Positions 15,647 to 29,195 of a DNA stretch of 64,000 nt are shown here, one piece after another (the stretch's first letter is position 1; each line of letters starts with the position of its first letter). The translations under genes and the position numbers were made by a program. Source of the DNA: the human T2T-CHM13v2.0 reference genome, Homo sapiens; the NCBI RefSeq assembly GCF_009914755.1, contig NC_060934.1; one strand, written 5' to 3'. The notes beneath the pieces are model-generated. The model was not told the origin of the DNA. It was given only the letters and a program-made list of their open reading frames with translations, and ran no database searches.

Positions 15647-15878
15647 CTAAACATGGTGGGCACCTCCATGCTTCCAGACTTTCACAGCAGCTGCACATCA
15701 GATGTGGAACACTCCTGTGGCCCTTCCTGCCCTGGGATGGTGTCCTTCTCCAAGCAGTATCAGGCACACCCCTGGCAACCGCTGGCCGGTGGTCACCACG
15801 GACCAGTGCCCAGGGCTTCTTTGCAGAACCGTCCCTGTCTTTGGGAAGACTTGATCATTCATTCAACAATTATATCAG

Positions 15879-16187
<309 letters not shown>

Positions 16188-16771
16188 TCAGATACCTTTA
16201 AATGCTCACCTCCCTTTCTGGATCCTTCTATCACATTTCCACTCTGTGCCCTAAAGGACCCACACTGAAGAGAGGGCCCTCTGACCTACTCTTCGTCCGT
16301 GCCTTCTTCGACAGCTCGAGCCCCTGGTGTGTGCCAGGCACTATGCTGGGTGTCTCCATTTCCTCATCTTGACACGGGTATGTACCTCTTTTCTGAGAGG
16401 AAGGAATGGGACAGACATAGGACTCTATCTGGGATGGGATAGGCCTGTCCAATTTGGAAATGCACATGTAACATATCTATTGTTTTTGCAATGCAAACTG
16501 CAGAAAGATATGTTTGAGGAGATATTGGCTGGCAGGAGCCACAGAAGATGGAGAGTGTGTTTTCTCAAAGGAGGTGGAAACATCATTCCATTCAATGATT
16601 GAGCTCATAGGACAGAATGGGGCAAAAAGTCTCCCAAGGGAAAGAAACCAAGGGACAGAGAGAACTGGCCCTTCTTTTGTGGGGAATTGGCAGGAGAGGA
16701 GCAGGTGGTGATATGGGGTCTTTATGAGGCTAGGGTGCCACACAGCCCTGCTGGATGGAACTCAGCATCTA

Positions 16772-16803
16772 GAACATGCCCCAGGGCATGGCTGAGCAAG
16801 TGC
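16772..16803. promoter_or_regulatory. Candidate p53-family response element (three half-sites)
   Basis: GAACATGCCC-ca-GGGCATGGCT-GAGCAAGTGC versus RRRCWWGYYY (0, 1 and 1 mismatches; all CWWG cores intact). Confidence 0.45.
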
Positions 16804-17662
16804 TCCAGGGGTTAACAGAGGCGGCCCAGGGGTGCGTTAAATTTGGCAAGCTCACCCTGCTGTCCTCTCAAAGGTCACCATCTTTAAAGAATTAGGAGAT
16901 CTCTTTGGGCAGATGGGAAAACAGGCTCAGAGTGCTTGGGAGGCTCAGGGTTTGAGTCGAGGCAGGGTCTCTCCTGGAGCAGTTACCGTTCCTGCTCTGG
17001 ACAAGCCCTGGTGCACTTGACCCATCCTCCTGTGACTCCCTGGCAGCTCCTTTTCTGCTCCTGAGTTCAGCTCTCTGAAGAGGGAGAACAAGGCTGTGGG
17101 CCTGCCCCCCTCCCATGGCAAAGCCTGAAAAGCCCCAGAGAAGGGGGTCAGGAAGGGCAATGGCATCAGTGCTCGGAGCGTCATGACCGTATCTGCCTCC
17201 CTGAATGCCTTGGCATAGCGCCAGGAGGGTGAGGGGCAGGGGGGCATGGGAAGAGATCTGGGAAAGGGAAGGGAGGGTCTTGCCCCTGCTCTGCTGCCAA
17301 CTTCCCATGCGGCGACAGGCTGTCCTCACAGGCTGTAGGGTCAGGAAGTGACAGAGGCACAGTGAGAGGCAGGGACTGTCAGGGTGGGGATGCCCGGCTA
17401 CTCCAATCCCCTCCTGTATGGATGAAAAGTCGGCTCAGAGATGGGAGTGGGGGTGGGAGCCCCTTCTGTGGTCATTTAACAGAAGGATTCCTGCAAGAGG
17501 TGGGGTCTGAGAAGGGGCGGAGCCTAGAGGTGCGGATGAGGACAAGGCATCCTGGGGAATGGTCTGTGAAGAGACAGGAAGGCGGTGACGAGGGAGCTCC
17601 AGAGAGGCAGGAGGAGAGGGGACCAGTGAGCATGCAGCTGGAGGCAAATTTAAGATCCCGGT

Positions 17663-18927
17663 GATATCTGCACTGTCCAATGCAGTAGCCGGGGCCACGG
17701 TGGCTGCTGAGCCCTTGCCGTGAGGCTAGTCACTGAGGGCCTGAAATTTTACTTTTATTTAATTTGAATTCATTTAAGTTTTAAAACCGGTACCTGAGTC
17801 AGTTACTAGAAAATTTTTTAATATGTTTGGAACGATGTGTGTACTATTTTTTGCTATAAGTTTTATGAAATCTAAACACTCATCAAGCATTTCTAATGAA
17901 AATTTAGCATCCAGCCAGATGGGGTGGCTCATGCCTGTGATTCTAGCACTTTGGGAGGCCAAGGCAGGAGGCTTGTTTGAGTCCAGGAGTTTGAGACCAG
18001 CCTGGGCAACATAGCGAGACCTGTCTCTACAAAAAAAATTTTTTTAATTAGCTGGGCTTGGTGGTGTGTGCCTGTGGTCCCAGCTACTCTAGGGGGCTGA
18101 GGTGGGAGGATCCCTTGAGCACAGGAGTTTGAGGCTGCAGTGAGCCAGGATCACACCACTGACCTCCAGCCTCGGCAACAGAGAGAGATCTTGTCTCAAA
18201 AAAAAAAAAAGTATTAAGAAAATTTAGCCTCCAAATTGAGATGTGCCCTAAGAGTGAAAATATACATGCAATTTCAAAGACTTAGTATAAAAAGAACGTT
18301 ATAATGATGAATAATATTTATATCAATTACGTGTTGAAATATTAATATATGGACCATATTGAGTTAAATATACCAAAATTATTTCCACCTTAACTCTTTT
18401 TGCTTTTTTAATGTAGCAACTAGAAAATGTAATATTACATGTCTAATTCATTTTAATATCTGTGAAACCCACATTGATAATACCTCTTTAAATTCTAACT
18501 TTGGTGGTATGTGTTCTCTTTTTTGCTAATCAGTATAGTTACGTGTTTATTCAATTGATATTTTCCGTTTGACTTTGTGAATTTTCTGTTTTGTTTGTCT
18601 GGCTCTGATTTTGTTTGGTTCTACCCTTTATTATTTTACGCCTTCTTTTTAACTTAGGTTTACTTTGTTCATCTTTTCCTAAGGTTTCACATGTATGCTT
18701 ATAATTAAGATTCATCCATGAATTTTGTTTCTCCTATTGTCCTTGACAGATTTTGTGGTCAATCTCCCGCTAGCCTGATAAAATGTGTGCAGCATGCTCG
18801 TGTCTTCTTTATGCTTTGGAAGATTTGTCACATATTGAAACTATTTCCTCACTAAAGTATGTATTAATACCTTCAGATTAAAAACATCACATATGTGACT
18901 TGCATTATGTTTCTACTGACAGTGTGG
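17663..18927. mobile_element. hAT-Charlie element (MER3/MER33/Charlie5 type), interrupted by an Alu and an old L1-like fragment
   Basis: atatctgcactgtccaatgcagtagcc..ggctgctgagccctt..ggctagt start; acatatgtgacttgcattatgtttctactgacagtg end. Confidence 0.65.
17913..18210 (+). mobile_element. Alu (AluJ-like)
   Basis: TSD gaaaatttagc(a/c)tcca flanking; ggaggatcccttgagc.caggagtttgaggctgcag right arm. Confidence 0.93.
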
Positions 18928-20035
18928 AAGGTCTTGAATGCTGGCCTGAATTTAGCATTAGAATCTGTACGAGCCCTTAAGTGACTCAGATGTAAGTGCC
19001 CTGGGAGGTCTTCCTGCTCCCCAAGAGTAAATAGGACTCCTTCTGTGTGCTCTCGGAGTACCCCAGGTTCACCTCAACATTAGAAAAAAAGGTGCTATGA
19101 TTTTAAGTCTTTAAGTCTGTTTTATTCAAGATGCCTAGAGTCTGTGACTAAGATGTGTGAGTTGGAGTTCTGTTTCTAGGCAGCAGTGTCCCCCACCCCC
19201 GCCCTATGGTACCCAGAGAAGTCCTTGGTCCAGCCAGGCATGGAAAGCAGACATCGCCCACCCTTCCCACCTCCCTTCCCCTGGCCTAATCTCAGCTCAG
19301 GCAGGCCCAGGGCAGGCATCATGGGCCTAGGCCTCTACAAGCTTCCTGCAGCTGGTGCTGGCAGGGGGCGCCCAGGGGAGCACAAAGCTGGGGATAGCTC
19401 CTCAAAGGTGACACCCATCAGACCTGTTAGATCTGAAGCCACAGAAGGAAGACACAGGCCAGTAAAATATGACCCCAGTTCCTGTCTCAAAATGTCTGGA
19501 CTTGGCCACCTGCATGTAGAGCCCACCTCAGGCTCCCAGCTCTGCTCAAAGCTCCCCAGCCCAACACAGATTTGCCCAAGGGAAGATGAAGCTAGGGCCA
19601 CATCCCCCTTCCCCAGGTCTAGGGAGGAACCAGATCAGCTTCCCTGGCCTGTTACATTTCTCTCTGTCCCCAGTCTCTGTGGATCCTTTTCATGGCACAG
19701 GATTTTAATCAGTCCTTGAAATCATCTTTGACCTGGTCCTTGTCACAAGGAGAGAATCTAAAGGGGGAAATTCTAAACAAGGCAGTTTCTAGGGGCTGGA
19801 GAGCTGGACTGGAATTGCTGGGTGGCCTTGGGAGAGTCACTTGGCTTCTCTGTGCCTGCTTTACCAAGTAGGAACACTCTCCTGGAATCCCCTCTTATGT
19901 CCCACACCTTTACAGAGGGAAAGCAAGCTGGGGGAAAAAAAAAAAAAAAGTACTGTGTGTGTGCAAGCATGCAGAGATAGGAGCTCTCAGTACCTGGCAG
20001 CTGGATCCCAGACCCAGTAAGAAAATGGCTGTCCT

Positions 20036-20431
<396 letters not shown>

Positions 20432-21949
20432 TCAAAGACTCCTCTCTCTTTGAACACTTGGGGCACCTCATCTGTCTGTCTATAGGAATAGACCTATCTT
20501 GCTAATACATTCAGTCAAACACATCTGTGATGAAAAATGCAATTTTTCAAAGTTTTACAATTCCTAAAGCACGCTCTAATTTTTCCTCTACACCAGATTC
20601 TGAGCATATTCTTCCTCCATAGACCAAGGTCTTCCCTGAGATGTCACCCACTAAATATTCCCTCCCTGGTCCAAACCATCTCAGGGATGCTACAACCTCA
20701 CAAAGAGACCAGCCTCCTGCCCCCTCCACCTTTCCAAAGTCCCCACCCACGCACTCCCCTTACCCAGGCTCACTGTGGTTTCCAAACATTTAGTAGTGGG
20801 ACCCTTTCTTTAAACAGATCCCAATGTGTAAACCAGCTCCTCTGAAGGAGGGAGGTGGGGTGTCTAGAATCCTCCTACTCAACACCCCTCCCCGCAGCCC
20901 TCTCTGGGCAGCACAGATTGAAAAATAACTGAGGCGCAGAAATGACTGGGAGCCAGAAGGATTGGGCCAAATAGCACAGGCCATTGTCTTGCCATTGACT
21001 TCAGGCAAGTCACTCCCCTCTCTGGGCTTTAGGACCATTTTGGTCAAATGAGAAGGTCGAGATGGGTGGGTCTGAACGTCAGGTAGCTGTCCTCCTCTGG
21101 AGTGAGTCACTGCACACCTGGAGGGCTTTGTGCACCTGCTTACACACTAATCGCCCCAAAATATGTCTCCCGTAGTGTTTCACAATGTCTGAAATACCAT
21201 TAGCACTTCCCTTTGGATCCTCAGTACTTTATATTCCCCTTGGATCTTGTTAAACTACAGGTGTGTATCTGTAAGAGGCAGAGACAGCTCATCAGATAAG
21301 ACCTTAGTGAGCATGAGCTGCCATCTGGCAGATATGGGATTGGGATGCCAGTCTAGAGAGTCAACAGCCTAAGAATCAAAGACCAACTTTACCAACTTCA
21401 TAACTTTCTGCAACTGACACAGGCAAGATTCACCCAGTGCAGCCAAGCTTCCCCTACAAACTCACCTCCCACCCCCACCCCATCCCTGACTCCTAACCCA
21501 GCCAGCATGCTGTTCCCATTCAACTCCAACAACAACAACTGACCAAGCACCTACTGTGTGCAGGTGCTATTCTCTGGGCTGGAGATTCAGCCATGAGAGG
21601 ACAGACAAAGCCTCCAGCCCCAGACAAAGACACACGATCAACAAGGAGACAATTGGGGGAGACAATTCAACCCATTCCAGGGCTCTTCATCATGCTTTTA
21701 TATAAGTTTCAGAAAAAAATACCAGTTGTCCATATCAAGCAGTATTATTTTGGGTGATGGCTTTGGCGAAGGGCAGGTAGAAATTATGGGGGGATTAAAG
21801 CCCCATACAGGGCCCCCTTTTGGTGTTGCCACTGGCAAAAGATGGGCCTGAGGCAGCCCCTCCATAAGAGAGGAGTACTCTGACCTCAGAGGACTGGATT
21901 ACCCACCATTTAATGGGAGGCCACTGCGTGTCAGTGCTGTGGTGAAACC

Positions 21950-22506
21950 CTGTTAGCCTCAATAGGGAAGGTATAAGGTTTGAGAAGAAGAAGAAGGCCG
22001 AAGAAGAGACCTGGAGCCAGCAAAGGAGGCATGGGGTGTTATTAGGGGCCTACATACAGAGAGGCCAGAGGTGGTGGACTGGACAGGGGAACCGCCTTAC
22101 ATCTACAGTCCAGCGGCGGCAAGCTGGAAAAGAGATCCACCTTCCCACAGCCCAGTGGCAGCAGGCTGGACAGCATAGCTGCATAGCCCAGCAGCAGCTG
22201 GACAGGAAAACTACAACAGCTTGAAACAGCGTGCAGTTTACATCGCATTTTCACTTAACACCTTCCTCTTAACAGCCTCCACCTAGTAACCTTCATTTAA
22301 CCCCAAACTCAGGGCCTCAATCTCCTGTATGGCCCGTGTTCCACAGGACAGGCCAGGGGCTCAAATGTTCCTCATAGACAAGGAACCAATCTCCTGGTTG
22401 GCCACGTTGGGATCCCCTAGTTCGGAACACACACTCAGGTGCATCTGCCATGCAGGGTCATTCTAAGGGTATGCTTGTTATTGCTGTCAGGGGCATTTAC
22501 CCTACA
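21950..22506 (-). mobile_element. LTR47-like solo LTR (ERVL)
   Basis: Reverse complement begins tgtagggtaaatgcccctgacagcaataacaagcatacccttagaatgaccctgcatggcagatgcacctga. Confidence 0.7.
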
Positions 22507-22978
22507 GCCAGGCACTGCGCTAGTCACATCACAGTGCTTGGCTCATTTCCTCCTCACAGCAACCCCACCAGGCAGGCATCACCCTCATTTCCCACATGGG
22601 AAACTGAGGCTGGGACAGGCTGTGTCTTGTTGAAATTCACACAACTGTCAAAGAGAGGAGCTTGATCCCAGTCCAAGCAATCTGACTCCACAGCCTCTGA
22701 GTTTCACCACCTCACCTTTGAGAGAGAGAGACAGAATGAATGAATAAATCATACGGTGCTAGGCATTCCTCTAGGACTTGAATTCAAAGGGAAGCCAAAA
22801 GATCATCTAAGACTGCAGCCAAACCTTTCCCCAGTTCATATAACAAGATCAAAAAGCTGCTCATGGCCCTTGAGGTTGGTTAAGCATAGGTGAACTCAGT
22901 CTAATTACAACTGAAGCCCAGAACAAATCAACTCAACCCAAGAAGAATCTGGTTGATCTGCCCCTCACCCTAACCACC

Positions 22979-23350
22979 TAATATAGTTAGGCTCTTTGTC
23001 CCCAAATCTCATCTTGAATTGTAATCCCCATAAATCCTCACACGTCAAGGGAGAGACCAGGTGGAGGTAATTTAATCATGGGGGCGGTTCCCCCATGGTG
23101 CTCTCATGATAGTGAGTTTGCACAAGATCTGATGGTTTTATAAGGGGCTCTTCCCCCTTCACTTGGCATCTCTCCTTCCTGCCACCTTGTAAAGTAGGTG
23201 CCTGTCTTCCCCTTTGCCTTCTACCATGATTGTAAGTTTTCTGAATCCTCCCCAGCCATGCTGAACTGTGAGTCAGTTAAACCTCTTTCCTTTATAAATT
23301 ACCCAGTCTCAGGCAGTTCTTTATAGCAGTATGAAAACAGACTAAAATAC
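22979..23350 (+). mobile_element. THE1 (THE1C/D-like) MaLR solo LTR
   Basis: caaatctcatcttgaattgtaatcccc..ggtggaggtaatt.aatcatgggggcgg..ccatgattgtaagttt.ctga..cctctttcctttataaattacccagtctcaggcagttctttatagcagt. Confidence 0.9.
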
Positions 23351-23489
23351 TACCCAACAGAGAAAAATGCTTATATGCTATGTGAGAGAAACAAGCAAAT
23401 AAAGGAAAAATTATATTTCTTTTTTATAGACTATATTCAGATAAAGTTTTAAAAAATATTCTTATGTATGAGGAAGTAGGAAAATACGT

Positions 23490-23715
23490 AGTGGTGTACT
23501 GGAGCCAGTTCTGTTCACAAAAGCCAATTGTGCATATCTTTTCCTAATTGTCTGTTCTGTCATGTTAAATTGTGCTAGTAGCTTGAACTCAGCTATAGTG
23601 AGGGTATTTATACAATGATAATTGGCAAATGCTACAAATCAGGGCTGCTGCATTGTTGACTTGCTGCTGCTGCCTCTTCAGAGAGCTGATTGTTAAACAT
23701 TTATACATACCAATG
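23490..23715. mobile_element. MER63 (hAT-Blackjack)
   Basis: agtggtgtactggagccag..agccaattgt..aattggcaaatgctacaaatcagggc..gagagctgattgttaaacattta. Confidence 0.7.
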
Positions 23716-24309
23716 AAAATATGACCTATAATCAAGAGAAAAAACAGTCACTAGAAGCAGATCAATAGATGGCCTAGTTATTAAGCAGAAAGGGACTTTA
23801 AAGTAGCTATTATAAATATTTTAGGGAATATACAGAAAAATATGGGCACAAAGGGTGAAGAGATGGAGTTTTTCAGAAGAGAAATAGTAACTCTAAAGTG
23901 AACTAAGTGGATATAATAGAAATAAAAATTTTATTATCTGAAATAAAGGATTCATTTATGGTCTTAGACACTACAGAAGAAAGGATGAGTGAAACTTGAA
24001 GCTAGATCAATGCCAATTATGCAAACAAAAGCAGATAAAGAAAAATAATTGAAAAATAATGAATAGAGCATCAGTAACCTCTGGGTTAATACTAAACTAT
24101 CCGATGTGTACACTATTTGGAGTCCCAGAAGGAAAGGATAGATAATGTGGCAGAAAAAAACATATTTGAAGAAATAATGTTGCACGAAGAGAAATATTAA
24201 CTTGTAGATCTAAGATGTTCAGTGAACCCCAAGCAGGATAAGTCAAAAACAAAAACAGACAAAACATCCTAGGCATATCATAGTCAACTTGATTTAAAAA
24301 AATGTAGAG

Positions 24310-24871
24310 TATGGTGGTTTTATAAGATATCTACAAATTCTTTGATACCTATCCCTTCAAGAAGTGATGCCTAATTCTTCTCCCCGTAAGTGTAGGTCTA
24401 ACTTAGTGACTTCCTTCTGGTAAAGCGGGTGGCAAAAGAGACAGTGTGTAAGTTAAGACAAGGTCATAAAAGGTGCTGTGGCTGCCTCTGTGCTCACCCT
24501 TAGATTACTCACCCTAGGAGAAGTCAGATGTCATATAGTGAGGAGACTCAAGCAGACCCATGGTGAGGTCCACATAGTAAAAGAAAACAATGAGGGTTCT
24601 TGCCAACAATTAGCAAAGAACTAATGCCTCCTGCCAATGGCCTTATGAGTGAGCCATCCAGAGGTGGATCCTCCAATCTCAATTCAACCTTTAGACGATG
24701 GTAGTTCCAGCCAACATCTTGATTACAGTCTCGTGAAAGATCCTAAGCAAGTGCCATGAAACTAAGCTGCTCCCACATTCCTGACCCACAGATACTATAA
24801 AATAGTTGTTTAATTTGTAAATCACTAAGTTTGGAGGATAATTTGTTACACAGCAATAGATACCTAATGCA
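24310..24871 (+). mobile_element. MLT1F-type MaLR solo LTR
   Basis: tatggtggttttataagatatctacaaattctttgatac...cactaagtttggaggataatttgttacacagcaatagatacctaatgca. Confidence 0.8.
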
Positions 24872-25286
24872 AAGAGAAAACCTGAAAGCAAATAGGGGAA
24901 AATGACTCATTATATTCAGAGGAACAACAGTAAGAAATAACATTACTTCCAAAAAGAAACAATGCAAACTAGAATATAATAAGATTTTTACCATGGTTTA
25001 AAAAAGAAAACAAACAAACCTGTCAACTTACAATTCTATATGCTGCAAAAGTAGGCTTTAAAAATAACATCAAAATAAAGCATTTTTCAGATAAGTAGAA
25101 TACGAAAGAATTTATTGCCATTATAGTCACATTAAAAGACATGATAGAGGATGCTCATCAGACTAATGGGAAATTATGGCTGAAGGAAACTCACATCTAT
25201 AGAAAGGAATGAAAATAGCTAACTATAAAATACTCTTTTTCTTTTTAAATAAATCAAGAGAAATTTGTAAATTCTGTAAATTCGTA

Positions 25287-25602
25287 ATTTTTTTTTTTTT
25301 TTTTTTTTGAGACAGAGTCTTGCACTGTAGCCCAGGCTGGAGTGCAATGGCACGATCTCACTCACTGCTACCTCTGCCTCCTGGGTCCTGGTTCAAGCAA
25401 TTCTCCTGCCTCAGCCTCCGGAGTAGCTGGGATTACAGGCACTGTAATGGGATTAGCCACCATGCCCAGCTAATTTTTGTATTTTTAGTAGAGATGGGGT
25501 TTCACCATGTTGGCCAGGCAGGTCTTGAACTCGACCTCGTGATCCACCTGCCTCAGCCTCCCAAAATGCTGGGATTACAGGCATGAGCCACTGTGCCTGG
25601 CC
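25287..25602 (-). mobile_element. Alu with small templated insertions
   Basis: Minus-strand Alu with extra tcctgg and ctgtaatgggatta inserts. Confidence 0.93.
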
Positions 25603-25639
25603 TTGTAAATTTGTAAATTTTCTAATAAGAGAAAATAAA

Positions 25640-26548
25640 TTCTGCTTTTAGACAAGATGCAGTAACGGGGGCTGCATATACCCTGCCATGTGAAACAGTA
25701 ACAAAAAATGACAAAATATATGAAATATGCTTTTCAAGACACTGGACATCAAAAAGTGAAGAACAGTGATTCCTGAGATATGGGAACAAATGAGGGAGAC
25801 CTATGATTGCCCCAGCATACTGTTTTAGAGTTTCCAGGGTACTGGGGCAAGAGGGGGGTTTCAGGTAGAGCCTGGTAGACACCCTGAGTTGAGGAGATAG
25901 AGATGAGAGTCCAGGGAGACTGAGGCATCTAGAGTTTGCAAGACAGAGCACCAGAGAGGAGAAGATGGCACAGAGGAGGGACTCAAGAGATCTGCAGAGA
26001 GCACCCATAGACTAGCCAGCAGGGTACTGATCGGCAAGGAACCACTTGAGATGATTCAAGGGAACAGTGTCTAAAGCCCACACAGGGCTGGGAACAGTGC
26101 CTCCTTCCACCAGCCAGACTGGAAAACCTCACAGTTATGGACATTGGGTAGAGCACTGAGAAGGGTCTTACCCTAGTGACAGGACATAACTAGCTCTCAA
26201 CTAAACACTGCTGGTCCTGTCTAAAAATATCTCAAAAACAAGACCTGAATAACTTTCCAAGTAACTTAATTGTGTCCCAAAACAAAGTTCAAGAATATTT
26301 ATAGAAAAACAAAATTTTCAGCACCCTAAAAGGATAATTCATAATGTCTGCTAGACAATCAAAATTTACCATGCTGAAGAGAAGTGGAAAATACGATTCA
26401 TGGAGTAATCAGTCAATAAAAAATTTACCAGTTCTTATATTGTCAACTTAAACAGTTCTTATAAATGTATTCTGTTTGTTAAAAAGTCAGAGACATGAAA
26501 GACATTAAAAAGACCCAAATTGAACTTGGAAAGACGAAAATGAAAAGT
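25640..26548 (+). mobile_element. Old L1M 5' region
   Basis: ttctgcttttagacaagatgcagtaac..gacaaaatatatgaaa..ttcaagacactggacatca..cagtgattcctgaga pattern of L1MC/L1MD 5' ends. Confidence 0.6.
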
Positions 26549-26632
26549 ACACAGTAGCCCCCTCTTATTCACAGTTTTAATGTCCACAGTTTCAGTTACC
26601 TGGGGTCCAAAAATATTAAATGAAAAATTCCA

Positions 26633-27001
<369 letters not shown>

Positions 27002-27261
27002 TCAGTCATCCATTTGTCCAGCATACCCATCCTATATATGTGACGAACCCATTACTAACTTCATAGCCATCTTGGTTATCAGATCCACTGTACTACATTG
27101 CAGTGCATGGGTTCAAGCAGCCCTTCTCTGACTTAATAATGGTCCCAAGACACAGGAGCAGTGATGCTGGCATGTTGTTATCATTGTTCCATCTTATTAT
27201 TTGTTGTCTTACTGTAACTAATTTATAAATTAAACTTTTTCGTGGATATGTATCTATAGGA

Positions 27262-28510
27262 AAGTTGTCTCTTGGTATTCTCAGAGGATTGGTTCTAGGA
27301 CAGCCCCCTCCCCAGCCCCCATGGATACCAAAATCTATGGTTGCTCAAGTCCCTTATATAAAATGGCATAGTATTTGCATATGTAAACTAAAAATAAAAT
27401 CCTAAGTCCCCTACCAACTGAATGGACTGCCTCTTGCCCAAGGGGACCCTGGAAAAGCCTTAAAAACTGAGTTCCTGGAAATGACAGGACGGGAGGTCAG
27501 ACACTCCTCATTATACCTCCTCCCTTTTAGAGTTTAGACACAACAACTGACCACCATTGATATTAAAATAGAGACTGTAAGACTGACAGAACAGACTCTT
27601 TGTGGCAATAAGATAACAAATTATAAACAGGACCTTAGGCCATGCCAGAAATATGTTAAGTTGCATACCCCCTACACTTAAAGGAGAAGCTGTGTTATAA
27701 CTGCCACAGGCTTTTCTTTCTCTCTAGCAGCTAAACAAGCACTGGCCTGGAGATAAGCAAGATTAACACAATTTGTAGCTCCATCAGATGCTGAGTAAAT
27801 GACCCCAGCCCCTGTTCCACCACAACTATAGCTTTGATTGGACTGCTGATTCCAGTAACCTTCTGATTAAGGAGACCACTGACCGTGGACTGGTTCTGGC
27901 CCAGTTACAGAGGCTGTGAGTTGAGTGCCTTTGTGTCTCTGCCTGCCTTTTGACTTATAGGGCCTTACTGTAATACATTTAAATATTAAGTCTCCACCCC
28001 AAGGTGAACATGGGTTGTATGTTACATGCATGTTCTATATACCTGCATTCAGGACTACCCTCATGAATATTCATAATTTCCCCTGTAACCTGTTGAATAT
28101 GTATATTTAGCCAACCCTTTCTATACAAAGCTGCTACCCCAACCCCTCCTCCTTCAAAGTGCCAGACTCTGGTCTTTGCCTGAGGCTATGCGTTCCAGCC
28201 TGCAGGATGGCCACTTCACAGGCTGTAACCTTTTACAGGAAATAAAGTCACCTTTTCTATATTTACAGATCTCATGATTTTTAAAGTTAACACAAATAAT
28301 CTATGCACATCCTCCCATATACTTTAAACATCTCTATATTATTTATAATACCTAATACAATGTATATGCTATATAAACCGTTGTTAGACTGTATTTTTAA
28401 AATTTGTAGTTTGTTATTGTTATTTTCTATTGCTTTTTTAAAAAAATACTTTTGATCTGCAGATGGTTGAACCCATGGATTAGGAACCCACAGATACAGG
28501 GGGCCAACTA
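27262..28510 (+). mobile_element. MER2 (Tigger) inside MER44B, split by MER4D
   Basis: ggattggttctaggac..ggataccaaaatc..gctcaagtcccttatataaaatggcatagtatttgcata | taatctatgcacatcctcccatatactttaaa..ggaacccacagatacagggggccaact. Confidence 0.85.
27382..28292 (+). mobile_element. MER4D-type ERV1 solo LTR
   Basis: TG...CA termini (tgtaaactaaaaataaaatcctaag ... aagttaaca), AATAAA near 3' end, 4-bp TSD cata/caaa. Confidence 0.85.
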
Positions 28511-28599
28511 TATATAGAGGGCTTGATACTATCCAATTTCAGGTGTCCACTGGGGGTCATGGAATACATCTCCAGTAGATAAGGTAGGACTACTGTACA

Positions 28600-28862
28600 T
28601 ATTATCTGTTTCCATTTATGTGACGTTCTGGAATTAGCAAAACTCACCTATGATGTTAGAAATCAGAATAGTGGCTGCCTCTGCAGGATGACGATTACCT
28701 GGGAAGGAGCTCAAGGGAATTTTCTGAGATGATGGAAATGTTCCTATCTTGGTTAGGATTGTGGTTACTAGATGTCTTTACTTGTCAAATTTCATAGAAT
28801 CTTACACTTTAGACCTGTGTATCTCATTGTATGTAAATCACACCTCATTCAACTTTCTAAAA
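28600..28862 (+). mobile_element. L1ME/MB 3'-end fragment
   Basis: ttccatttatgtgacgttctgga..gcaaaact..agaaatcagaatagtggctgcctctg..gagatgatggaaatgttcc. Confidence 0.7.
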
Positions 28863-29195
28863 AGAGAGAGAAGAGGAAACAGAGCAGGAACATGGGTATG
28901 CTAGCTCTTTAACTTTCCTGTCCTTGACCTTCTCCACCACTGGGTTCCCCTCATTCCAACAGTCAACACTCCCCAGCCAGCATCAGCCTAGGTCCTGTTT
29001 CCTACATGTCCTTGGGTGATAATGTTCTGGGCAACAATCACTGAATTTTTCACAGCTTTCTCAATTTGGAGCAGAAGTTGTCACTTGTTTAAAAATAACT
29101 CAACATACAACTTACAAAATTAATTTAAAGAAAACGTAGAATTCTTAAAAAGTTTCGCCATATTAAGAGAGAACTCTTATCTCTACAAACGCATA

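Larger units (their letters stand above)
23360..25260 (+). mobile_element. Old L1M 5'/ORF1 region carrying MER63 and MLT1F insertions
   Basis: A-rich ORF1-like text (ttagacactacagaagaaaggatgagtgaa..; ggagtcccagaagg..atatttgaagaaataatg..; gaaccccaagcaggataa; caattctatatgctgcaaaa). Confidence 0.7.

Noticed and set aside
19186-19719. 177-aa ORF upstream of UNC5B
   Set aside because: GTG start, no recognisable similarity, and composition typical of GC-rich intergenic DNA
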